NCBI RefSeq assembly: GCF_006345805.1
Contig: NC_043013.1
Span: 54,188,001-54,252,000, forward strand
Source: Octopus sinensis
Taxonomy: Eukaryota
Direction: 5' to 3'
DNA: 64,000 nucleotides
The position numbers and the translations under genes were made by a program. This document shows positions 13,282 to 25,700 of the stretch, in pieces (the stretch's first letter is position 1; each line of letters opens with the position of its first letter). Below the pieces are notes generated by a model that worked only from the letters and a program-made list of their open reading frames with translations, did not search any database and was not told the origin of the DNA.

Positions 13282-14169
13282 TGAGATACCATTGGTTTGA
13301 AGCATTATAGATGGAGACAGAGCAATATTTGCGATTATATACACAAATGCAGAATTTAATGTGTGTCTGAGTTAATTTGAAGAAGTTTTATCAGAGTTTT
13401 TGCTTCTTTTTTAGAGATAGCTATACTTTCTTTGAAAACAGTTTTTTCCAATATATTAACATCCGGTCTGTGTGTATGCATGTATTTATGCAGACATACA
13501 GCTGCACACATTGTAAATACACATTCAGTATTTCTAAATTTTCACATTATATGAAGTTTAACAACAGAGCTGTTCCACTCAGATGTGGATCTTAAAGATT
13601 ATTCAGCTTTTCAGTTCGTTTGTTAATTGCTTAACCTTAGGTCACTATTTACAAATCAGTTCTATAAACCAAGATATTCCAGCCATGCCCATCCCATCTT
13701 TTATTTCAGATATTGTGTTGAACAGTATATTACCTAATGTGTCCTCTTTTCTTAAGATGGTTAACTGTAATTTAGGGATATTTGGTTGCTATATGCAGCA
13801 GGTCAAGCTATGGCTGTGTGACTGTTGAAAATAAAGTCAACAAGTAGTAATGACCTAACATGACATCACCCTTAGCTACTAAATGCATATCTGTTTCATG
13901 TGGATCACCAGTATATTGGTGCACCTGACATCTACTCGCAGATAGATTTTAACGAGAAACCATAGCATGGGAGAGTGTGTGTGTGTGCTTAATGTTTGTT
14001 GTCGATGATGAGGATATATATATATATTTAATTTTATTTGTTAGGGAATAAAAATTCCAGCATAACAGGGGTTCAAATTATTCTCAATGAGAAAATATAT
14101 ATTTTCACGTTTAAATATATATACACACACACACATGTGTGTGTGTCCCCACTTTTATCTTTTACTTAA

Positions 14170-14470
14170 ATCTGTTATTAGACTGTGGCTATGCTGGAGC
14201 ACCACCTTGAAAGTATAATTGGTCCTAATACTTGTTTTGTTTTTTTGTTTTTTTTTTAAGCCTGGTACTTATTTTATCAAACTTTTGCCAAACTGGTTGG
14301 TTACAGAAACATAAACAAACCAACACTGGTTGTCAAGCAGTGATGGAAGACAAAGACTAGCACAAAAGACACACACACACACATGAAAGGCTTCGCTCAG
14401 TTTCTGTCTACCAAATCCAACCTGGGGTTATGGTAGAAGATGCCCACAATACCATGCAGTGAGCCTGGAG
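14170..14470 (-). mobile_element. SINE family B, degenerate copy
   Basis: gactgtggctatgctggagcaccacc, gcctggtacttattttatc and tcagtttctgtctaccaaatcc align to 51783-52201. Confidence 0.75.
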
Positions 14471-15004
14471 CCATCCATTTCAATACATAGATGCTCAGTT
14501 GTTGACTCAACTGACTGATTACTCACTGAACTACTACATGAAATAGCTGAGTACTCCAAAGATATATGCACACTCAACATAGCACTGAAACAGAAGCAGT
14601 GTGATGTAGTGCATGTTTGTGTGTGACAGAGAGAGAAAGGGAGGCAAGGTAGGATGAACGATTGAAGATAGGATTCAACAGATTCCATCTCTCCATTTTC
14701 CCTTTTATGACCTGGGTCATCTCATGGGTCGGTGGGAAAAGCTATGATGGAGACACTTCCTTAAGGTGACCGACAGTGAGCTTGAACTCTAGACCTTGTG
14801 GTTGTGAATCAAGTTTTTTTACCACTAAGCCACACTTATATCCAAACATACACACACACAATTATATTGTGTCTGTGGTATACTCGACCATTTACATTAT
14901 GATTCAATGAATAAATACCCCTGTTGAATTGCTATCATCAAAACTGATGGCAGGTTCATATATTTTGCTTTATATGAGTAAAATTCTGCTTGGTTCTGTA
15001 TAGT

Positions 15005-15365
15005 TGGTTGTGTATGTGTGTGTGGCTAGTTCTAAATATGCGTGTGTGTGCATATAATTCTATATGTATGCATGGTTAGTTCTTGATATGTGTGCTTCTG
15101 TGTACGTGTGGTTTGTTCTATGTATGTGCATGTGAATGTGTAGTTCTACATATGTGTGTGTATGGCTAATTCGATGTATGATGGTTCTGTACTTTTGTGC
15201 TGTGTATGAGTATATGGTTGGTTTTACATGTGATTGTGTATATAAGGTTTTTAGTTCTGTATGTGGGAGTGTGTGCATGGAGGAAATTGTATGGTTTGTT
15301 CTATGCATTTGTGTCTGTATGAGAGATTCTGGTTTGTTCTGTAAGAGAGTATGGTTAGTTCTCTC
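15005..15365. repeat. Degenerate minisatellite with a ggtt(a/t)gttct core and TG-rich linkers
   Basis: The core recurs about ten times at irregular spacing. Confidence 0.7.
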
Positions 15366-18319
15366 TCTCTCTCTACATATGTGTGCGCGTGTAAAGGGTT
15401 AGAGAGGGAGAATTAGTTTTATATGTGTCAATGAGAGTGTAAGATTATTGTTTGTTCTCTACAAGTGTATGTATATGGGTATGAGATTGTAGTTTCTTCT
15501 GTTTACTTGAATGTGTGTAAAAGTGTGTGTGTGTGTATATATGTGTGTTTGTGATTATGCTTAGTACTGGAAGGTCTCAGGTGCAGACGAATATGTACCT
15601 AAATAGTTGCAATCTAAAATTTTCAAACAAAGATAAAAGTAATCAATAACTATCGCAGAGTTTCTATCAATATTTTGAGGGCAGAAATGGTAGAGTGCCA
15701 GATTAAAATGCCTTGAATTTTGATATTTTGTTTTATGTTCAGATCTCAGGAGGATTGACTTTGCCCTCCTAGGTCAATAGAACATGTAACAGAGAAATAG
15801 AGAAAATTTGACCTGGACGTAGAAATTATCATTTATTGATAATATAGAAATGTAATCATCATCTGAAACTATTTATACTGGCAGTAATCTGTGTCAACTA
15901 ATGAATTAGGCAATGCAATTAAAACAGATGTAATCTAACTGTGTGTTCAATATTTAGTAATCCTTGTTAAGTATGTGGAATCAATTTCTCGTTAGATATA
16001 ATTGTATCATAGCATTAGGATTTCATTTTATATCTACTTAAATATTTCTGTAGGAATAAAGAGCAAGTTGTCTTCGATGGGTTCAGATTACTTTGACATT
16101 TTGTCACCAAACTTATTAACTCCACAGCAAGTGCCTTATTCAGCAAATAATTGAATATCATTTCAAATAAAATTAAAAAAATAAAAACAAGAAGTGGGAA
16201 GAAAACATTTCAAATGTTTATTATTGTTGATAATTTCTTAATTATATCTGAAATGATTAAGAAAGCTTTTAAAGTGAGAATGGTTTTCAAGTGGTGTCGT
16301 GTGTTTTTTTTAAAGTTTGAAGTCCATTATCTATCTTAAGACTGCAGTTAATTAGAACATCGAACCATTTAAATGTTTCTGTTTTACTTTTTAAGTAATT
16401 AAAGATTTTTGTATTCTGCATTAGAATATTTCATTAATTTAACAAGTGAGAAAACATCTTAATTCATGATAAAATTAATTTGATCACATTTTCTCCCAGA
16501 TAGATAATGGGTATTTCAAGAATAGAGTCAATTTGATACTTGTCTTCAGAGTAACAAAGTTTCTGTCAATTAAAACATTTCTTTTTATCTAAGTCTGTTG
16601 ATTCCACCTTTAATGCCTCAGCTGCTGTTGTAATGTCTCTTCATTTCACTTTCAATATTCTTGGTGTCCTTCTGGCTCTTCGAAATTGGTCAGTCAAATA
16701 CTCTTTGGATAAGGATTGACTGGGACACTTCTCAGAGGCTTGCCCAGGATTGAACCAGGCAAATACTGACAAGTGGTGGATGCAGTGATATACTGCAATA
16801 TTGCATGCCCCCTCATAACCGACGCCTGGCCTGTTGGACAATAATTTAGTCTTCACATGAGGACAAGAGCAAACGCTCATATCTAGGATTCTAACATTAG
16901 TTTGTTTATATCGTATAAAAGAATGAGTCTACCTCATCGCATAGCTTGTACATTGATAGCACACAGCCTCTGATTTACTCATTTTCTTCATCACCACTGT
17001 TACCACTGCCATCACCATCATAGTCATCATTATTATTTAACATCCATCTTCCATGCTGACTTGGGTAGCATGGTTTGACATGGTCAAATGGGTCCAAGAA
17101 CTGCATGGTGCTGCAATGTCTGCTTTAGCGTAGTTTTCACAATTGCAGACTCTTCTTAACATCCGTTTTATAGAGTTTACTGATTACTTTTCCCATGAGA
17201 CCAACATGAGTGAGATTGCTATAAAGCTCACAACACAATGATCCCTTTCAAATGAGTGGGGGCTGCAGTAGAGTGAAATGTGACTTCATGTAAAGAAATA
17301 AGAGATTGTGGAGGGGCCAGAACAGAATAATGTCCTTGCCGCAGAGGAGTTGCAGGTTCAAAGAATGTGGGTAGAGGGTCGGGAAAATATAGAATGGACT
17401 TGGTTAGTGTATAAATAATGATGGGGTTATAGTATTTTAGCTATACACAATGACTGGATTGACAAAACCTAATTTGTCAAAGTCTAAATAATTGTTGTCA
17501 TGTTATACATGGAATAACAGAAAATTTAGTTGAAATATAAATGGAACAAAATGGAGTGTGTTTGTTGTCTTTTAGTAATACTACCATTATTATGACAGCC
17601 TTAAGAATGTTTCTGGCACAGAGTGACAAATGGCTCTCAGTCATTTATTACAACTGCTCAGCCTTTATTTAATTAAACTCTGGACGTATTCAGCTGACAT
17701 GTTAATTTCTGTAATCAATAGAAACCATTTATCCACAGAACAATCTAGAATGGAACATTCCATTTGATTCTTGACAAAGTATGTTATTATTTAGGAAAAT
17801 GTCAAAGCAGTTATTGGGGGATTATAAAGTAGTGAGCAAGAATGGTAAACAACTTAATATTGCAATGAAAATCACAATTCAAAGTTCAAGAAATCTCAAA
17901 CTATTAATCGGAAACTAAAATCTAATGCCTTTAATATTAACCAGATATAGCAATGTTTATATTGATATCACTAGATGATTAAGAAGAACTATTACTAATT
18001 AGATTTGAGTGCAAATAATGGTATGTTTACATGTTTTCTGAAATTATCAATACGTCTGTAGTGAATTCCGTTGCTTGGTGTTGTGAAATGTCTGTTTGAA
18101 ATGTTGCCATTACTAATTAATTATGCAAAAAATTAAACATAGCATTAACCCTCTCATGTCATTGGAATCTTTCTCTCCCCTTACTCCTCCCTCTTTCTCC
18201 TTCCCACTTTAACTTCTCCTCCTCCCCATCATCATCATCATGTCCATTTTTTTTCCTTGCTGGCATAGGTTGAACAATGCACTTTGAGGCAATAGTTTAT
18301 GTCCTTCCTATCACTGATG

Positions 18320-18713
18320 TCATCATCATCATCGTTTAACGTCCGCTTTCCATGCTAGCATGGGTTGGACGATTTTGACAGAGGGCTGGCAAACCAGATG
18401 GCTGCACCAGGCTCCAATCTTGATCTGGCAGAGTTTCTACAGCTGGATGCCCTTCCTAATGCCAACCACTCCGAGAGTGTAGTGGGTGCTTTTTACACGC
18501 CACCGGCACGGGGCCAGTCAGGCAGTACTGGCAATGACCTCGCTCAAATCTTTTTACACAGGCCACCAGCACAGGTACCAGTAAGGTGATGCTGGTAACG
18601 ATCACACACGAATGGTGCATTTTACGTGCCACCGGCACGGAAGCTAATTGACTGCTCTGTCAACGATCACACTCAGATGGTGCTCTTGGCACCCTACTAG
18701 CATGGGCACAAGT
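18320..18713 (-). mobile_element. Family C retroposon 3' end (RTE-type tail ending in (GAT)n) with internal short tandem repeats
   Basis: catcatcatcgtttaacgtccgctttccatgctagcatgggttggacg and ggatgcccttcctaatgccaaccactcc. The motif gccaccggcacgg is repeated internally. Confidence 0.85.
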
Positions 18714-19340
18714 GTTTGCTGGTTTTCAAGTGAGTTATGTTTTCTTCCCCTGATTTTCACACATCTGATGAAAATGCTGAGCTTTAGGACGTCTTGCTTA
18801 CAACAGTTGTAAACAAATGCTACTTGTGTTCAAATGGTGATGACACATGGAGTCAGATATTCACACACATGTATACACACACACAAACAGAGATGCCTTT
18901 GTCTTTTAATTGTGCCATTATTGTATTCTACAGGCAAAGATATTGTGAGTGAATTACATAAACTATCATCATGATACAGTTTTACTTCTTTTATGGAACT
19001 TCTTTTAAGTTTCTGATATGGAAAACAGGTTTATTCTAATTTTCCTGACAGGACAAGAAAAACGTTACTGGAAGTAGAGAAATTAATTACTTTAACTAAA
19101 TGAGAAACAATTAGGAAAAACGTATGCATCAATATGATATTTATATTAATGTCCCTGATATTTTTGAGTATTCGGTGGGTAGGGGGCATTTTTATTTCAT
19201 TTCAAAATGGACTTTGGAATATATTGAATTTATCTTTGAGCACGAAAATGGTTAATTGCATAGGGTAGCAGACAGCGAGCTAAAGGTTAGTAGTACATAA
19301 CTTATCAAAGGCACTGTGACTTCAATTAAGATATTGAAAA

Positions 19341-19554
19341 GGCAGCGAGCTGGCAGAAATGTTAGCATGCTGGGCAAAATGCATAGCCGTATTTCATCTG
19401 TCATTACATTCTGAGTTCAAATTCCGCCGAGGTCGACTTTGCCTTTCGTCCTTTCGGGGTCGATAAATTAAGTACCAGTTGTGCACTGGGGTCGATGTAA
19501 TCTACTTAATTAGTTTTTCTGTCCTTGTTTGTCATCTCTGTGTTTAGCCCCTTG
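19341..19554 (+). mobile_element. SINE family A, near-full copy
   Basis: ggcagcgagctggcagaaatgttag...gagttcaaattccgccgaggtcgactttgcctttcgtcctttcggggtcgataaattaagtaccag...gtttagccccttg. Confidence 0.9.
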
Positions 19555-20729
19555 AATCAGTCCACCTGTTAGTAAATATGTAGGAGCAATTGCTTACTGC
19601 CAGCAGTGGTAGCATAGCAAGATTGATTGATTTTCAATTGTTTCTTTCCTCACATGGACTTAGCTTTAAATGAGATGTGTTTTACTTAGTCAACCTGCTC
19701 TTAATCAAGTCCACTTTTATGATATATAATATTTCCTTAGATCTTTGAGTTCTCATGGAATTGTAGGTACTGTTGGGACCTGAACTGGGTACTTTTAAAC
19801 ATGTCAGAACCCATCCCTCTTAAGGTCTGTATTAAACCAATTTTTTAAAGAGAGAAGTGTAATTGATTCCAGTAGTGGACTGGTGCTTTATTTATTGAAC
19901 CAGAAGGGATGAGTGACAAAACTGACATTGGTGGGATTTGAACTCAGAATTTACAGAGCCAGAACAAATATCACAAAGCATTTTGTTCAATGGTCTAATG
20001 ACTCTGCTAACATAGATGCATATTTGCTCTCGTAAATCTATGTCTATACATTTGGATGTTTTTATATACAAATATATAGCCATACATACATACATCTTTG
20101 TACATAAAGATGTTATACAATTGTGCATCAATATACAAATGTGCATGTCTCTAATACACAACCACATAGTCATATGTGTGTGTGTGTTCTTATTCTCATA
20201 TACATACGTACATACATTCACTTGCCCTCATCCCCAAGTATATATATTCATATACACACCTCCTCTCATATATCTTTTGTATTGACATACACATACTCAT
20301 ACACAATTATACTGCGATATACATAGCTATTCTCATATATCTATGTAAATACACACGTTCTCATGCACAGTTATAGCTGTGTGTGTGTGTGTAATATATT
20401 CCTGTTGCATGATGGGACTTGTATGAAATTAGTTTGGCATATCAGTTATGCATTGCTAAAGAAAAGTTGTAACAAGATGAAATTAAAAAGACTACATACA
20501 TAAAAAAATAGCAAAAAAGCAACAAAAAGTTACCAGTCATTTGAAATGCAAAAATACAGAAAGAGAGAAAAAATGTTATTTTGCTTTTAGATAGAAATCT
20601 TTACGTACCACACTTGTATTGACACTCCATATCATTAGAGAAGGAAAGTTGAAGTTACAAGTCAAATCTAAGTAATACCCAGGTGCAAACCAACCAGGTG
20701 AACATAGGTAGGTTATAGAAACTACTTAA

Positions 20730-20875
20730 TAGAGAGGTGACCGACGTGATAATCAATAGAGACGGTAGGAGAGAAGAGAAGATGCTTGAGATGGATTCAG
20801 AAAATGCCCTGAAGGTAATGGAGAAGTTTGGAAAACTTTCTCAGGGATTAAGATCAGCAAGTCTAGAGAAACAAA
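20730..20875 (+). mobile_element. Possible CR1/L2-type LINE ORF2 fragment
   Basis: An open stretch, TDVIINRDGRREEKMLEMDSENALKVMEKFGKLSQG, loosely resembles the region preceding the K-A-x-G-P-D motif. The motif itself is not intact. Confidence 0.3.
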
Positions 20876-20886
20876 TGATTGATATA

Positions 20887-20936
<50 letters not shown>

Positions 20937-21269
20937 ATATATATATAATATATATATATAAACATCCATATATACATATATTAATATATGTGGATGTTTA
21001 TTTATATGTATTACATGTGTGTCACTGTAGATAACTGTGTATATCAGGATGTTACATATGTGCCTGCTATGAATTCCTATACATGTATATGTTTACATAT
21101 GTATATGATGGTATGCAACTGATCTACATACAGATGTTGTGTATATGTGTGATATGGATCTCTCTCTGTCTCTCTCTCTATATGTGTGTGTGTATATATA
21201 TATGTGTGTGTGTATATATATATATATGTATGTGTGTGTGTATATATACATATACATACGTATATATAT

Positions 21270-21304
<35 letters not shown>

Positions 21305-21403
21305 CATACGTGTACATACACGTACAACATGTGATCTCTTGAGCACCACCAGCAAAAATATTTTTTCCTCTGTCTTCCCTTCTTGGGATCTTTCCTTCTC
21401 CTT

Positions 21404-21438
21404 GTTTCCGACGAAGAGCTCCGCTCGAAACATTAAAC
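21404..21438 (+). ncRNA. Minimal type I hammerhead ribozyme relic (family H1, copy 2)
   Basis: gttt-ccgacga-a-gagc tcc gctc-gaaa-cat-t-aaac. Same architecture as 12778-12812, with U4 to C and G16.2 to A changes. It lies in a ~210-bp unit (21330-21540) flanked by TA/CA microsatellite. Confidence 0.65.
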
Positions 21439-21658
21439 CCTCCTTCCCTTCTTTCCTGAGCGTCAATAATACTTTAATTGTTCCACGTCCTGCGTTGCTG
21501 TGTTTTTCTCTTTTTTTCTGTATTTTCTTGTTTGGATTAACTATATATATATATAGGATGTGTGTGTATATATACATATACATACGTATATATATATATA
21601 CAAACATAAACATATATATATGTATGTGTGTGTGTATATATACATATACATACGTATA

Positions 21659-21699
<41 letters not shown>

Positions 21700-21769
21700 G
21701 GTATAATGCAGGTATGGGGAAAATTATATAAAACAACATAGATTTTATTAATCCTGTTTAAGACTGTAA

Positions 21770-21987
21770 ATATTGGTTTCAAACTTTGGCTCAAGGCCAG
21801 CAGGTTTGGGGGAGCAGTTGAGTCAATTAAGTCAACCCCAGTGTTCAACTGGTACTTATTTTGTTAACACTGAAAGGATGAATGGCAAAGCTGACCCCAG
21901 TGTAATTTGAACTCAGAATGTAAAGACAGACAAAATGTTTGGCAGCATTTTGTCTGGCATGCTAACAGTTCTGCCAGCTCAGTCCCT
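21770..21987 (-). mobile_element. SINE family A, degenerate, with the alternative tail (ccttg..ccaaa.tttgaaacc)
   Basis: Head ttctgccagctc at ~21970, gaactcagaa B-box complement and actggtacttattt core. Confidence 0.8.
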
Positions 21988-22402
21988 TTAAGAATATAAA
22001 TATTAGTAAAATAATCATTGGGTATCATAAGGGTGAATTGCAAATACAGGTATAAATGAACAAATACATTAGGTTCATGACTGACCAACATTTTGAGCCG
22101 ATGCTCTATATATATATGTGTGTGTATGTACACGTATGTATGAACTTTTACGTGTGTGTGGGTTTGTATGTATATGCATATACATTTGACGAAAGATGCG
22201 AGTGAAGATGTGTACGTTTTTCTAGTGATGTATGCGTACGCACGTGGATGTGCAAGCGCACATGTATATGTATGAATAGGCATGCTTATGCCTTACCTTA
22301 ATTAGCAGTCATTCGAATAAAGCTTTAGTATAAATAGCGGTCAATAACACAGTAATTTCCCTTTGTATAACGGTCTTTTTTCATAGCGTTTTTCCGATGG
22401 AC

Positions 22403-22465
22403 AGATAACTGAAGAGATGGTGGTGTGGATTTCCACCTCGGCATCCAAAACTCAGAGTTTTATCT
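22403..22465 (+). ncRNA. Type I hammerhead ribozyme relic (family H2)
   Basis: agataa-CTGAAGA-gatg...catc-c-aaaa-ctcagagt-t-ttatct. Stem I AGAUAA/UUAUCU (6 bp); CUGAAGA intact; stem II GAUG/CAUC enclosing a GUGG/CCAC helix; GAAA changed to AAAA; near-palindromic stem III ACUC-A-GAGU; GUU triplet. Confidence 0.6.
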
Positions 22466-22604
22466 TGGCTACCGAATTATTGTCACATATTATATTTACA
22501 GATAAATTCTTCTATTTATATAATATTGAGGTCTGTTTCTTTCGTTTGTTGTCTTACTATTTTTACCAATATATATATAATATATATATATATATAATAT
22601 ATAT

Positions 22605-22643
<39 letters not shown>

Positions 22644-23709
22644 GGATCAAAACTGATTCAAATTCGTTGGTACTCTTGAGTAGCAAGTGTCCTACTAGTT
22701 GTCAGCCGTTTGGAATTTGAAAGACAAGTTGATTATTATTACTATAAGGTGGGCTGTGATTGGTCGAGGAAGGTCACAAGGTGTCGTGGTTTAATGTTGG
22801 CATATGGGTAACAATTACTTGGAAAATACTGCATGGTGAACAGGAATTTGACTGCATGGAGGACAGGAAATAGAGCACATGGCAATTAGAAATCGGTCAG
22901 GTAGTTGGGGTGAGTAGGAAAGGGTAGTATGTGCGAGTATATAGTTCTATATGTTGGTGGGCAGATGTGCACATAGAGTTTTGAGTGCATGTGTATATTG
23001 ATGCAAGTGTGTGCCTCTGTACATGGGCATGCACATGTCTGCACACACCCACACATACACATGCGCTTGAACAAACACATGCACACACACATGCGTATTT
23101 ATATGTACATACCAGTGTGCATTTGCATACATGCGCGAGTATTCACATGCAAAACAAGCAACTCGGGTACCAACAAATTCGAATCAAAGTGTTTTGATCC
23201 ATACATGTAACTCCCAATAAATAATTTTGTTTGTCCACTCACATATATATATATATATATATATTCTGTTTGTATATTTACATATGCAGATATGTATATG
23301 TGTGTGGGGGTACAAGCTGAATATGAAATATGGAAGTTATTCACTTATATTTCATCTTTTGTCATAGTTTATAAGGCCTGTCTATGTTGCTGGTATAGTT
23401 GTTTAACCACAGGTCAGCTGTGATCCTGCAAATCTATAGGTAAAGTGTTGCAACCATGATGATCCCATCAAATTTATACCCAAGAGTATATTATCCTATG
23501 TATCCATTTTGTAAAGATGATAGTACAAGATTTGAAATGAAATTGGTCGCTGTTTCTAGCAGATGACATGATCATGTAGAGGGCACTTTGTTGGCTCATA
23601 CTTAAGTCATATTTGATGGCTGTTAATAAGAATATAATTGATAAAAGAATTTGGGTTGATTGAGTATTTTTGATTAATTTATTGCAATGTAATGAAGAGC
23701 AGTACTCAC

Positions 23710-23816
23710 CAGTTTCCTCTACGCATATGACTGTGCGCTGTTGCAGACCAGGACCACAGTTTGTTGTTACAGAGGAAGGTTTACATAAACCAAATCCGGA
23801 TACAATCCAGTGATAG
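23710..23816 (-). CDS. Internal coding exon encoding a thrombospondin type-1 (TSP1) repeat; THSD7/ADAMTS-like/papilin-type extracellular protein
   Basis: Minus strand: ttttcttttggttttag|C TAT CAC TGG...GAG GAA ACT G|gtgagt. The exon is 107 bp, phase 2 in and phase 1 out, and encodes YHWIVSGFGLCKPSSVTTNCGPGLQQRTVICVEET(G). This fits the W-x-x-x-x-[WF]-x-x-C...C-G-x-G-x-Q-x-R-x-V-x-C TSP1 pattern. The orthologue cannot be fixed from one exon. Confidence 0.88.
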
Positions 23817-24056
23817 CTAAAACCAAAAGAAAAACAAGACATGGTTAGGATAATGAAATGATGTTGTTAATTATAAATATTACACACAGAAGACATTGCT
23901 CCAACTTGACCTTGGTCATGATGGCTGAACGGAAAGCTCAGTATGAAATTCTTTGGATAGATTAATTATTTGTACTCCTTTCTGATTAATTAAATGTGTG
24001 ATCCGTATTATATATCCTGGCACCAGTCACATATTGTTAGCTGAGCCTATGTCTAC

Positions 24057-24215
24057 ATCATCATTGTTTAACGTCCGCCTTCCATGCAGGCATGGGTTGG
24101 ACAGTTTGACAAGAACTGGCCTGGCAGAAGACTAACCCAGGCTACTGTGTCCGTTTTGCCCTTCCTAACACTAACCACTCCCCAGAGTGGACTGAATGCT
24201 TTTTCACATGGCACC
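24057..24215 (-). mobile_element. Family C retroposon 3' fragment
   Basis: catcatcattgtttaacgtccgccttccatgcaggcatgggttggac...gcccttcctaacactaaccactcc. Confidence 0.8.
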
Positions 24216-25269
24216 AAGTGATAAAAATTAGTCTTATCCTTTTGAATGTATTCACTAAAACATTCTCAGGTTTTGGATTTACAATGTCATCAAAATTATT
24301 CATCTCACTCAGTCTTAGTCACAAAGAAATCAGAAAAATCTAAGAAATATTTATCTACTGCAACATCCTGAAAGGTTATTCATGATTAGACTTGAGGTGA
24401 TACAACTGACAATCATTTAAACAATTTTTAGTACAGCAAATCAAAACTTGCTATCAAAGCAAACAATTCTGATGATTACTTAGTAATAGGAATAACATTT
24501 GAACTGAGGCCTGTTAAGTTTACCGTTTAAGTTCAAAAGAATGGTGATGATAATATCATCTACTGTAGCACTCAGTCACAATATAACATGTTATCTTAGT
24601 TCTGTGTGCTTAACAAAAACAAAAAGATTATCAAACAATTTTCCCATTCAGCTTTATAATATTTAAATTCTTTTATTTCATTCTATTTTTTCAGTGTCAT
24701 TTTTATATAAAAGAATACAGTCTTAGTATGCCTTGTGTTAAAACCAACAATTATTTTGTATTGAAAATGTGTAAATGTCAGAAAAATTGAAGTTATGTGG
24801 GGAAAAAATTAAAATAAACATAAATAGCATACGGTTTTTTTTTTTTTTGCACTTAACTCTAATCACAAATGATAATCCATTGATAAACTAAAAGATATGA
24901 GAACCCAAAAAGATTGTTGAAAGTTGAGACAACTTTTAATGTATTTAGTTAGAACACCATAATTGTTGCTACAAAGAATTGGTGCCATTATTCTATATAT
25001 TTGATAAAAGAAACATTTCATATTTCGTTAGGTAATGTAATGTGGCAAGTATTTTCAGTGATTTTTATCAAGCATTTTCATTAATACAGTCTTACAAATC
25101 TAATTAATGGTGAAGTTAAGGTGAAAAATGCAACTTATTAAATGTATGCTCTATAATATTAATAATTAACAATTATATAACTTATCCTATTTAAGGGATT
25201 TGTAGAATTTATGAAATAACAAAGGACATTTCTGATTAGGAAATGCTGCTGGATTCTAAACATTAATAG

Positions 25270-25700
25270 TAGAATAATAAAGGTTCCAAATTTTGACAGC
25301 AAGTTTAGGGAGGCCAGGCAAGCTAACTACATTGGTTGTTTGACTGGTACTAATCTTATCAACTCTGAAAGAGTGAAAGGCAAAGTTGACCTCAGTGGAA
25401 TTTGAACTTGAAGTGTAAAGAGGCATTTTCTCCACTCACTCATAATTCTTTCAGGTCACCATCTTCTTCTTCAACATCATTATCATTTGATGTCCTTTTT
25501 TTCCATGCTGGCATGCAGTGGATGGTTCAATAGGTTCTATGTCAGCTTTGGCAAGGTTTCTACAACTAGATTCCCTTCCCTAATGCTAACCCCTTAATAG
25601 AGTGTACTGGGGGCTTTCTATGTGCCATCAGCAATGGTGAGGTCACCAAGCACCTGCAAAGCAACACCCACCCAACTGAGTAGCATATAGCCTGGAAGAA
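25270..25700 (-). mobile_element. Degenerate SINE family A fragment (25270-25420) followed by a family C fragment (25485-25700)
   Basis: gaaaggcaaagttgacctcagtggaatttgaac, then ttccatgctggcatgcagtggatgg...cccttccctaatgctaacc. Confidence 0.7.

Noticed and set aside
14527-14584. 58-bp minus-strand segment with a good acceptor and a gtgagt donor
   Set aside because: The phase-1 frame needed after the TSP1 exon hits a stop at once. The only open frame encodes nothing recognisable.
15005-15365. Repeat-and-spacer appearance suggestive of a CRISPR array
   Set aside because: The repeats are short and degenerate, the linkers are low-complexity and related to each other, there are no cas genes, and the context is eukaryotic.
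16641-16880. 79-aa Cys-containing minus-strand ORF downstream of the TSP1 exon
   Set aside because: No TSP1 continuation pattern and no suitable donor before the stop.
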